64,000 bases of DNA, from positions 124,001-188,000 of the forward strand of contig NOWV01000102.1 of NCBI GenBank assembly GCA_003344405.1, in the 5' to 3' direction. Source of the stretch: Trichoplax sp. H2 (lineage: Eukaryota). A program made the translations under genes and the position numbers. The number at the start of each line of letters is the position of its first letter. Positions within the stretch are counted from its first letter, which is position 1. Shown here piece by piece: positions 1 to 12,600 of this stretch. The notes beneath the pieces are model-generated. The model had not been told where the DNA came from and did no database searches. It saw only the letters and a program-made list of their open reading frames with translations.

Positions 1-121
1 TTGCTTTTCTACTTGCTTCTCCTATTCTCATGAATTTCATAGATTATTAAACTATGTATAATTGACTTATGTAGATAGTGGATCAGTTTTTAATGGGAAT
101 TTGATCTTAATTATTTTACAG

Positions 122-2520
122 CCATATCTACTGGATTCATGCTGGCTCAGCAGATTCACCAAAGATTTATCGTTGCAACTACGATGCGACCTATTCCACT
201 GTTCTTATCGAAGACGAATTGTATCAGCCAACATCACTAACAATCGATATTTCAAATTCCTCCAATCGGCTTTATTGGATTGATCTTGGAACTAGAACTA
301 TCTCATCTGCTCGTTCTGATGGCACGAACCGACATGATCTAGATTTCAATGTTAAAAGCCCAATCAACCCATATTCGGTGGCTATTTATTCCAAGTATAT
401 TTATTGGGCTGATCTTCAAGATAGTGCCATTTATAGAAGCTATAAATTACCCAAGAGCCCGTTTTATGCAGTACCTCAACTTGTTTTTAATCGCTTGAGT
501 GATCTAACTGGGATTAATGTAGTCAACAATTTTAATATGAAGGGTAAGATTGTCTCAATTTACAGTATACAGCATGAATTTTTAATTTCAATTCTAAACA
601 TATATTTATGTGTCGATATATGTGTTAAGATAAATATATATAAATATATATGTATATATATATAGAGAAAACCTATAAAATTACAATTACATTGAGAAAT
701 AAACATTGCATACATTTGACAAACTAGGTTCCGGAGCTTGCTCAAATCATAACTGCACCCATTTGTGCATAGTAGATTCTTATCAAAAATCAACTTTTCG
801 TTGTTCTTGTCCATTTGGCTATCGTATTCTCAATGATAGTCGAACATGTCAAGGTAAATATAATCAGATTTGATACGTCTTATAAGATACTAGCTTAGAT
901 TAACGCATTACTTATTTCTTCAAACTACTCGTATTAAAAAGCTTGGCTACTGAGTAATTTAATTTCTAAGAAATCAACTCCTGTTTTTATTCTATTGATA
1001 ATTAGAAATTAAAGAATGTGGGAAAGGGGAATTTAAATGCCGATCACCTAGCATCTCTACCTGTATTAATGAAAAATCAAGATGCGATAATATAATCAAT
1101 TGTATTGATAATTCAGATGAAATTAATTGTCGTAAGTTGAAATTTCTTACATTAAATAAAATATCAAGAAAATGGAGTAACTAGGTTCTAATTATTCCTA
1201 TGTTTTTATTTGCAAATCGAATCAATACTAAAATGGATAGCGAAATGTTCACCATTCCAATTTCATTGCAAAAACGATAAATGTATACCATGGCATAAAA
1301 AATGTGACGGCATTAATGACTGTGATGATAATTCCGATGAGTTTAGCTGCGGTAGGTGGACATCTATTACGATTTCTTTATTAATTACAGTTGCTAAAAT
1401 GCTTGCGCTAATTTTTTGATATTCATAACATTAATCTATTCCATGATTTAAGTTCTGATTTTGCTAGTTGCTTGAACAGAATAAATTAAAGTGAAAATAA
1501 CTGCATTTATCTTCTATTCAAACGTTATTATTCATTCACGATTTTTATTTATATTTATTATAACTATTTCTTATTTTATTTATATTTCAGTTTTTAATTC
1601 ATTAATATGATGCGTTCATTGTGAGATCATTTAAGCTGCAATTTTAGCTAATTATAGTAACGCTTCATTGATGACAATTATCTTGACTAATTATAGTTTT
1701 GAAACCCACAACGATTGCAGCAACAACAATTATTACGTTATCAAGCAAACCACCGACAAGCGTTACTGATTCACAAACTAAAGGTTTTGATTTCAAACAC
1801 TTGGTGATCATTTCTGTTGCTAGTGTGGCCTTTGTCCTCTTGTTGGTTGGAATTATCATATGGCGTTGTTCTAAACGAAAAAATAAAAAAGTAGACGATG
1901 TCCTAGAAACAAAAAGTGGCAAAACTTACATCGGACAAGGTGATATTAGAAATGACAACCAAGAAAGCAACATCGATGGCAATAATCAAACCAATACCAA
2001 TGGAAATAACATTACAGTTTCAATTAATCGCTTGCCCTTACCTGAGAATTACTCTACTTGTCGAGGATTATCACAAATTTATGGCAATGAAATTTCTGCC
2101 AAGAGCTTGGAAACATTTCATTCCAATCCACCACCTACACCTAATAATCTAAGTTCGGATAATGATGACCATTATGATATTGAAGGCGAGGACGAAGGTA
2201 CTTTGGTTGATGAAACCGATACTGCAGTGCTTGAGACTGATTCGGATTATCAATTTTATCACCCTCCTCCAAATACTTCCGATAGCGCATTTTCGGATGG
2301 GAGTACAATCAATATTTATACTGGCTTATATGCTCCACCACCAAGTAGTGTATCCTCTTCAAGCATAGCTGAAAATTCTGACTTTCAAGATCGAGATCGT
2401 TGTAGCACTTACTCCGATTGTAGCCTTAAATATGATAGTTATAGTTCTGTAACACCAGAAAAAATTGCACATAGGCAGCGAAAGAAATTTCATAAACGAG
2501 AAAATATAGTAACATTATAA
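122..2520 (+). CDS. LRP6: LRP5/6 (arrow)-like Wnt co-receptor, 3' portion; 5' end lies outside the window. Exons ~122-543, 728-853, 1006-1131, 1241-1351, 1697-2520
   Basis: Spliced translation gives YWTD-type propeller blades (IYWIH, LYWID, IYWAD), an EGF module ([10 protein letters not shown]...CSCPFG), two LDLa repeats (C...CD...C.DNSDE..C), a TM helix ([21 protein letters not shown]) and a cytoplasmic tail with PPPTP/PPPNT/PPPSS. GT-AG junctions are phase-compatible. Confidence 0.8.
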
Positions 2521-4404
2521 TTAGTAGAGTCTGTACCTGTCTAGAATTTATTCTATCGAATTTAAATTGCCTTTCATCACATCTATAAAATTAATATAGT
2601 ATGGATTAACACTAAAAGTATAAGTATTAATGCACGTAAATGTATGTGCAGATACTGTATGTTTGTATAAAAAATATCCAAGAAGAGCTTTAGCAAGATT
2701 GAGATTAGGCATATACAAGCGCAAACAATTCGTTACGATAGTTAAATGGCAATTGCCATATGAATCTCTATCACACTGATTTTATTGATAGCGTAGTAAT
2801 TTCACACAATTTTAAACAGTTGATGGAAGAAATGCAATTTCTATATTGTATGTTGTAAACCTTTGACATGATACTTATTTCCTGATATCCCATCACTGGC
2901 GGTATTACTCAAATTCCTTGCGGGATTATTATCTAGAGGAATACCATCATTTTTACTGTTCATTTCTTATTTGTTATTACTATGCAGCAGTATGCACATC
3001 GATTTTTTCTCTCTATAAATCTTAAGATTATAATTTATGCAGCACCATGTTGGATGGTTTATTTTAATGCCGCTAACCAGACTTCAATAGTCGCACGCTC
3101 TCACTTATAATAGGTAGCAGTAAGCACATCGATTTCTTCACATTTAAAATCTTAGGATTGCAAATTATTTAGCACCATGTTGGAGGATTTATTTTAATGC
3201 CACTAACTAAATGTCAATGGTTGTACTTATGGCACTTCATGAGTAAAAGCAAGAAATTTAATTTCTGCTGTTGACTATTCTTCTCTCTAATTCTATGTAT
3301 TTCATGAATAGTGCTATTCAATAATATTTAAAGTTAAAACGCGGTACTTCATTTTTCTCCAGCTTGATATAACCTTCATGCTTTCCTCTAAGATTATCAT
3401 ATAAAATCTCTTACCATGATAATGGATGATTGTTTATAATTGATTTGAAAAACTATAAATTGTAAATAATAATTACTATGAAAGAAATGATTTTATGGTT
3501 CTATTGCTCTAATTATTATAATAATTTTCGCTGTTACTTACTACGTCAATATTAAGCAATGGACTCAAGATTGAACAAAAGAAATAAAGATACATTAAAA
3601 GATCTTCAATATACATCTAATTTGTTACTTTCAGTTAGAATATGGCCAAACATTGTTTGTTACAGGATCGGAATTGATAAAAATTTTAGTCTTATAACGC
3701 ATTTAAATCATTGTGAGATTGTACTATATGAGATTTTACGAATTCAGAAATAATTATCATGAAAACCGTGACTAAATCACCAAAGGTTATTATAGGTAGC
3801 TTGGTCAACAGCAGTATGGGCTATCTGTATCGGTTATATTGTAATCTTTATGGCTGCTTTAATATAGCTAAAATAAGTGATTCCTACTCTTCAGGGTTCT
3901 TAGGAGCATATCGCACGGTATATTCCAGTTTATTACTTAAGTGATATTGTAGATCAACAGATATGCGTATAATATTTATAAATATTCAACTAATATTGAA
4001 ATTTACTCTTTTCTAGAAGAGAGTAGATAAATATGGTGCTGCTGCCTGCTAAGGTAATATATTATTGTATTATCTATATCAAATATTGTTGAAAGGTTAA
4101 AAATGGCAGCACTAACTTTCATGATTTATCAAATTTATCAAGCCCTATACTGTAGTTTGCTATATGTTTATATGAGATTAATTTAAGCATTTTTTGGACC
4201 ATTACTATAAGATGAGATAACTTTATCAGCTAATTAAACTCGATCCAGATATTCAATAATGGAATTTTAAAATGACGCTCTATCAGATATGACAAGAACT
4301 GCGACGAATTGGAATTCATTGCTGAAAGCTTACTTGTACCTTTAACACTATTTCAAGGCTGAAAATTCTGTTTATTTTAAGAATACTTAATCTCTCTTCG
4401 ATAT

Positions 4405-5500
4405 ATTCTTAAAACTAGCTATCGTACAAAGAGATTGATTAGTAATATAAATTTGAAGTCGTAGAAAAGTCTATTTTGACATTGTATGCTCAACTTTGTT
4501 TACATTTCTGTTTTTACTAAGCACTAAAATAATTAAAATTATCTTCTTTATAAGATCAAATTAATAACGGCTAAAATCTTAATGTCAATTAAATGGTAAA
4601 TTAAGCCTTTAATATAAAATTTAATCTCAAGTAGATCTACTGTATAGTAGTTTTATCACAAGTGCTTGATCATTTTTTACTTGTGCTACTGATCTTGAAG
4701 AATAAATAGCCCTTTCGAATGTTTCTTTATCATGAAAGCTTTCAAAACTAAAGGTTTTCAATGAGTACGATCTAAGAATTCGATTTAGGTATGTAATATG
4801 AAGATATCTCAAAGCAGCCATATAGACCAATGTTATAAATTTCAGGACACTATCTGCGAAAGTAAAATCATTCGTTATAGAATATTTAATTCTTGTTGTA
4901 CCGGTACTGTACAAATAATTTACGACAAGAAGAAGAAGGATAATAGAATATTTCAAAATTTTTAACCTCTTTTAGCTAAATTCTTAAAATTAGCTATTAG
5001 ATAAAGAGATTGATTAGTAATAACAGTTTGAAGTCATAGAAAAGTCTATATTGACAAATTATACTCAAGTATACTTAAATTTCTATTTTTATTAAGCAGA
5101 AGATGATTAAAATTATCTTATTTATAAGATAAAATCAATAGTTAAAAAACTCAAAGTCAATTAAATGATAAATTATGCCTTTAATATAACTTTCAATTTC
5201 AAGTAGACCTAGAGTACAGCAAATTTTTTCATGTAATACTTGATCATTATTTACTTGTGCTACTGATTTTGAAGAATAAATGGCAATTCCTAATATCTTT
5301 TTCATGATGAGCTTTCAAAACTAAGGTTTTCTATAAGTATAATCTAAGAATTATCCGATTTAGCATACAATAACAGACTAAAGCCATAAATTTCAGAACA
5401 CTAACTACGACAGTAACCTATTTCTAATAGTATATTCATTTTTTATTATACTACACAAATAACATGCAACAAGTAAAAGAGGGATAGTTGAATATTTCTA
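4405..5500. repeat. Diverged tandem duplication, ~575-bp period
   Basis: AAAGAGATTGATTAGTAAT...GAAAAGTCTAT at ~4428 and ~5003. Colinear matches continue (TTACTTGTGCTACTGAT.TTGAAGAATAAAT at ~4677 and ~5251). Confidence 0.9.
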
Positions 5501-8500
5501 ATCTTCATAAATAGGCAGTTAAGATGTTTACAGTAATTGGCACGGTAGTAAGTGTGTTACTTAAGTAAGCTGATTCCGTACTACACAGTTAAGATATAAG
5601 ATTTTTGAAGCAGTTCTTTGACACAGTCACTTTGTGTCTGTTAATAGAATGTTAATGTTGATTTACATATTTATATTACTAGAAGAAGTAAATCCGTTAT
5701 TAATATTAGATAGAACAAAAAAATGAGTGATCTTGATCTAATTTAAAAGTAAGTTGTTAGTCCTTCATTTTTTATTTTTTCTGTAGATAATTCATACGTT
5801 CGATAAGTGGTACCATACATGTTAGGCAGTGTTGCAAAATCTCCATGATCGGTTACTAGACGATCAATTTAGGATCCACGATTAGTTATTAGAATCAGAG
5901 ACATGAGAAATTATGCGAAGGTGATCAATATATTCATTGAAGAAAAAGCATACCTGAAAATTGTCGAGGTCGACTAACATCATGAACTTGTGATTGTTGG
6001 ACTTGTTTAAGATCATGATTTTCATACGTTGAATACGTTGGTTTTAAACCACTAAAGGAAAAAATTCAATAAATTAAGTAAAATTATCTATTTTTATTGC
6101 TAAAAGAATATAACACTAAATAATTTAAATTAATGTAGATGTAAAGGATGTAATGGTCATAAAATTGAGCAACTCTATTCTCATAACACGGTAATATCTA
6201 CATTTAGAATTACCTGTTTGGTACAAAATTTGCAGATTTTGGAGTTCGAATCTCCTTAATTTTAGAAAAATAGGGATTTCTATCTGTTAAAGGTCCGGTT
6301 GGAGTTGGTAATTTAGGTAGTACGCTGCAAGAGTGAATATTAGTTTATGTTCGTTAATGCTTAAAAAAACCAGTCCAAACGGAATAACAGTGACATAAAG
6401 TTTATCCTTGCATATAGATTAGCTAAAAGGAAAATTATCTCAAGAAAATTTACTTAACTAATAGGTAGATTTATTCGAAAATAGCAAGTTAAATATTATT
6501 ATGGAAACGTCATATTATAGAGCTGTAATTTATTTTCTAGATCTAGTATTCAATTGATAGGCAAATGGGCTTACTTCTGCTTTGGACCAAATCCGCGAAC
6601 TTTCGGAAAATTTTCGCATGCCCAATAGGTAGCAATATCATTTTTTGCATAAGGCGCAATTTTCTCCTGGGTATGATGTTCAAAGCTCAACTGTGACTGG
6701 GTTGCATATGGATCAAAATATTTTTCTACATTACTTTTTCGGACGGACTCTTTAATGTAGATTGGCTTCAGCTTTCCGTCATTAAACTAAGTAAGAATCA
6801 TTTAATGATTAGGTAGGCGGTATAATCTTATTGAATAATATCACAACAAACACGATGGCCTTTCAATACTGCAATAGATTCGAATAGCGTATAAAATCGA
6901 AATTAGTCTTGTTGACACTACTTACTTGGTTTTGAAATCTAGAATGATGCTCATTTAAGATATGTGGCCGATTTGCACTTAAATTAATTTGGACATCTCT
7001 TTCTCCGTTGTAATTCGATTTCATTTCAGTATTTTGATTTCCTGTCGTTAGCTCTCGTCCTCTGGGAAGCGAATCGATCTACGCAAAGTAAATCATAGTA
7101 TCAGAGATTGTTGGCAATTGCAGCTAATTAAGGCCACAAAGATAAAGAATTCTTGTCAATAGCAATATAAAGTTTCGTTTTGAATCACTTATATCTTTAT
7201 CAAGCGACAATAAGTTAATGAAAATGCTAGAAATTGTAGGCAACATCTAAAACAGTTGTATCAAATTATTTCGTAATTTAGGCTTGAGATAATCTGGTAA
7301 TCGCTTTAATTGTATGAAGTTTAGGATTAGGATATAATTCAGAGACTTACTTTTTCTATAACATTGCCAGTATATTGAACTTGGTAGAAAGGTAGCGGTT
7401 TGGTGTATCTCGAATTTTTATACTGACTTGGGTTTTCATGATTATACAGTGTATCATTATTAGTTGTTGTATACATCTGTTTTGTCAGATTATATTTTCC
7501 TTCTCGTATTCCAAGAGGTATGGAATTTCTAGGAGCCTAAAAAAACAAAATGCCTTAGTAATAAATCTGATTGTGAAGCATTTGTACCATCAAAATTTAG
7601 CTAATTAATATGCTTGTAATTCTAGTTAACAAGCAATTGCCCCGAAGTTGTTGTCAATGGTATAATAATAAATACTCTAGAGAATGGACCGTAAACACAC
7701 GTTACTTCGCTAATTATTTATATCAATTTAGGATATTATTTTTAATTTCGAGCAAGCGAATTTAAACTGTCATGGTTACATTTGTTGAGAATTATATTAT
7801 CTAATTAATTCATAGTTCCCTTCCGAAGCCTAACTGATGTATGAAGACATTTGTCCATTAGTTTCAATAAATTTTGCGAATACCGTAGGCTAAATGTAAT
7901 AAAGAATGATCCATTGATCAATAGGTGGAACTTTAATCATTTCATACTTAGTCATTTAAACGATACACTGATTTCTAACTTAAAGGGATCTACTCATCAT
8001 TACGGATTTGAGCATGGAATTTAAAATCATGATTGTCGTCTAATTCATTACCTTTACCGCTAACTATAACAGAATTTTAGATAGAAAATCCAATTTTCCT
8101 AAACATTACAACAAATTATAGTATTTGACATCTTCATTTAAGCAACTCTAATAAGGTACGGAGTATAAAGTCCTTACAACTAGAAATTTTAATGGAAAGA
8201 GTATAAGATTGACCGCTATTTGTCGACAATTAGTTCCAGCATTAATAAAAATATTATAAGAAAGCTGCGTCTGTATTTGAATTCATCTAATAGTAGAGCA
8301 ATTATAGCGTTTACTATCTTTATTCAAACAACCCCTAGTAAGGTACGGAGCATAAAGTCCTTAGAGTTAGAAATCTTAATGTAAAAAGTATTGGATTTGA
8401 CTGCTATCTGTCGAAAATTAATTTGAACACAAATAATTTTATTCGAAAATTGCATCTTTACCCCAATTCATCTATACCTAATGACAATATTATTCTCTAA

Positions 8501-8927
8501 TTATTCTCTCATATTAATTCGAGCAAAAAGTTAAACCTTAATTGGCATATACCTTAAAATTAGAGCTAGGAAATGGACCGTCGGGACCAGGGTTATATCC
8601 AATTCTAGTTGAAGTAGTTAATGTTGGCTGATTACTATCAATCATTTTGTAGGCTTTATCTAATGTTGTCGATTGTGCTGATGAATTCGATTTATATTGT
8701 ACATAAAATTCTATTTCAAATTAAGATCGAATGTTTCTTGCACTGGAACTGATCCTATTAATTTATAAAGTAGTGAATAAAAAAGGAACCGAATCGATGA
8801 TTTAAAATGATTTGAGCGATAATTGTAACTATTGCTCTATAAGAAAATAAATGGAGAAGTAGGTTATGAATATGGATACATAATGAGAATCTAACTTCCT
8901 CGATGTCCGTAGAATTTTAATAACCAG

Positions 8928-8984
8928 GTTGCTATGGTGATAAGAAAGCGTGATCAGTTGTGATGGTAACCTCCTGCTAGCAAC
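8928..8984 (+). promoter_or_regulatory. Cluster of RFX X-box-like motifs upstream of the kinesin gene
   Basis: GTTGCTATGGTGAT (8928-8941), GTTGTGATGGTAAC (8957-8970) and half-site TAGCAAC (~8978-8984) versus consensus GTTGCCATGGCAAC. Reverse CCAAT boxes (ATTGG) follow at ~9062 and ~9083. Confidence 0.6.
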
Positions 8985-9601
8985 TTATCATGCATGGTAG
9001 AGTATCTCGATTTCAATAAATAAAATTATCATGACAATAAAGCCGTTAAATGGCTCTAGTGATTGGTCGATAGAATACTGTTATTGGCTATCCAAATGAA
9101 ATACGCAAAGTCAAACTGAATATGAATTACTCTAGTCTATCTCAATCTAGACACTTACCCTATTATGCTATTAGTCTGTAAGGAGAGTAGCAAATAAAAT
9201 CAGAATAGTAACTTGTTCAGTATGATATTGTAAGGCATGATTGATACGTTATTTATCTTCATACTAGATAATTTCAAGTTTATAAAGTGAATAGTAAAAG
9301 TGGACAAGTGATCTAACGATAGGTGAATAATATTATACTGGTAGTAGAGTTGATGGATTAATAAAATTTTATTCATATCGTTATATCTCGTAACATAATA
9401 TTGCTAGAATAAGATCATCATTTATTACTTTTTCTGCTCAAATTGCTCTCAATGATTGTTCCGGCTAAAGTCAAGAAAATTAGCGTCATTGACTGAACGT
9501 AATTAAAAGAATTAACGTGTTGCAGTTACTTATTATTAATCCTTCAATATCTTTTCCAATTTACCATTTTAATCCTATAACCCATCTTAAAATGTTGATC
9601 C

Positions 9602-12600
9602 ATGGGTCACATTAAAACATTCTTAAGAGTTAAACCGAGTAAAAATCCTTGTAAATACTTTGTCGCATCAGATCAGTCTATACGAGTTAGTTTACCCGAA
9701 TCATTTTTCTCCAATAAGTTTAATAAAAGTCAACATCAACGGATTATAAGTCATGAATTTCTTTACGATGGCGTTTTTGGACCTGATGCCTTACAAGATC
9801 AAATTTTTGAAGCAGTGGCTATGCCTGTAGTGGACAGATTTCTTCAAGGCTATAACGGTACAATATTTGCATATGGTCAAACTGGTTCCGGTAAAACTCA
9901 TACCATCGATGGTAGCCAAAAATATTTTCAAGATAGAGGCATAATACCTCGCATCCTATCAGCAATTTATGGTAACATCAAGCAAATAGATAGCAAAGAT
10001 ATCTCTATCCACGTTACTTATATGGAGATATATAAGGAAGTAGGATATGATTTGCTCAATCCTGCAACAAAAGCTGGCTCTATGATTATTGAGTTGCCAA
10101 GGGTATGCTAAGAAATTATTATTTCGATTCAGTTTTAGTTTAGAAATATAAGTGCGAATATGGAAATAAATTTTAAGCTAATCTTTCTATTTTAGAACTA
10201 TTTTCAAGCAAAATCTATTATGTTTTATAGCTATATATCCCTTCTAGTATCTTATTTTACACTTAATAGTTATTTCGCTAACTTCAATACATAACTACTA
10301 GAAGAGTATATGCAGACGTCTTATTTCATCGAAAGATTTTAGGCCATGTTCTGTAAGCGTTACTATCTGAAATATAGTAAATAATGGCTAGATTTTTGCA
10401 TTAGTATAGGCTAAGTTTGCTAACAAGCACAAGAAAGTATCACACGTTTCACAATTTGCTGTACTTGAAGTAATTTTAATCACTTTGAGTGACCGTTTAT
10501 TATAATTTATCGATTGGTCTTTTACTAGATATGTTCATATCGACTATAAGAAATTATCTAAATTTCAGAAGATTAAGCATAGCACATACAATACTACTTT
10601 ATCAACCAGATTGCTGCAATCGACTATTTAAAATATCGAATCGTTACTTTATACTTAGTACAATAATTTATCATTTCTTAGTCTTCAGAGCTGTGTTCTC
10701 AACGCAGATAACTTAGGCTACAGAATTACATTACTCTATTTTATTCTTCAGCCATAATATTATTTAGCAGAAATATTACGAAAATATGATTAGTATGCGC
10801 CAATGTTTTGATGATACTGCTATAGAATACCATTTTAGTTACTACGAGTTAAATGATAGTTACCTTATTAAAGTTATAATTTATCCTTCTTATATAGACT
10901 TAAGTTTCGCCAGTAAAAGAATTATATGAGCAATTTCATGACATTAATTACCATGGAACTTTGTTAGAACCTTGTGGAAAATAATTTTAGATCAATATTC
11001 AACTGTATCGATAGCTTCTACATACTGTTTACCTAACAGTCCAAAATTTGGTCTACATAATTCACTGTTTCTTCAATGTTCACAGCTAGTGATTAGCAAA
11101 TATATAGCTATATTTTAGGCTACTAGTACATGTTAGCTTTTAACATTTTACTCTTGTAACCTTACACCCTCGCGTGATAGTACTTCAAAATTATTCTTTA
11201 TATATTTTCGTTAAGACTGCAACCCACTAATTGTCCCTGCATTAATCAGTATATGTATCCACTTTGAACAGAGCTTTACCATGGTATTATCTTATTTAAT
11301 CTTTATTAACTTCCAGTTTATTTTTCTCATTTCCGGCTAGGTTCAAATATTAGATGGTGGAAGAGAAGGTGCACTTATCCGTAACTTATCTTCTCACTTA
11401 GCTTCAAACGAAAGAATTGCTCAAGATCTGATGTTCCAAGGCAGAGCTAATAAAAAAATTGCCGAAACGCCTATGAATCATAATTCATCTCGATCCCATA
11501 CAATATTTACCATTATACAAACTACAACATCTCAGGATACCCCGACAATTACAAGGTCAGTAATTCTTGAGAAAGAAAATTGAATCTTCATTGAGTCCTA
11601 AGTAAAATACTTTTGTATTTAAGTATATTAATTAATACTAATGAAAGTAATGTAAGAAAATAACTTTGTTCTTTCGCTGATCGTTAAATTCATAGTTTAA
11701 CTATTATAGGAAATAAAATATCAAAATCAGATTAGTAATGTCTGCTTCATAAATCCTCTTTCGCTTTACGTTTATAAATTAATGCCTTTACCTTCTTTCT
11801 GTTAGCTTATACTAATTGCTCCTATATACTACAGTAGTATTGAAAAATTGCAAACTAATCATCTTTAGTACAATTTTTTTATTTATAGCTGTAGATACTT
11901 TTGACCTTAGAGTGATAGATTTGATGATAAAAGGTGTAGAATATTTTACAATAAAAGTATAGATAGCATTGTGCCGTGAGTACTAAGAGAGAAGTGGATT
12001 TTATATTTGAAACTTCTAAGGCTTGTTAATATAGATACATACAAATTAGGATCTTCTGTACTGGTACTTATAACAAATGGTAATGATTATGCTCGTTTTA
12101 TAGATTGAAATATCTTGTCCATAACTTTTTTCTCCTAGATCTAAACTTCATATTGTTGATTTGGCGGGGTCTGAAAGAGTTTCCAAATCAGGGCTATCGG
12201 GCAAACATTTAGAAGAGGCTAAATTAATCAATCTTTCTCTATATTATCTTGAGCAAGTCATTATAGCACTGCAAGAAGATATAAACTATGCAAGTAGACC
12301 CAACACCACATTAACTAATTCAAAAAAGAATCGTTGGTAAGATAAATAAATATACCTCATCTAAATTAAGGAATTTTTAAGTTTGACTTTATATCTACTA
12401 AGATTGCCGATATTATCGAAATAACTCTATTTTCATGATTAAATGTTATTCTAGGCAAAGATCTAATAGCGCTAATACAGTCCGTTCTGGTAGTAGCTCA
12501 GTTAACATATCTAAACATGTGCCTTATCGAAATTCTCTCTTGACTATGCTCTTGAAAGACAGCATAGGTGCTATAGAGTTTACATGACTACTACAATGAT

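Noticed and set aside
4627..4956. 109-aa minus-strand ORF with a signal-peptide-like start
   Set aside because: Non-ATG start, lies in a duplicated AT-rich spacer whose second copy carries multiple indels, and shows no homology I can recognise.
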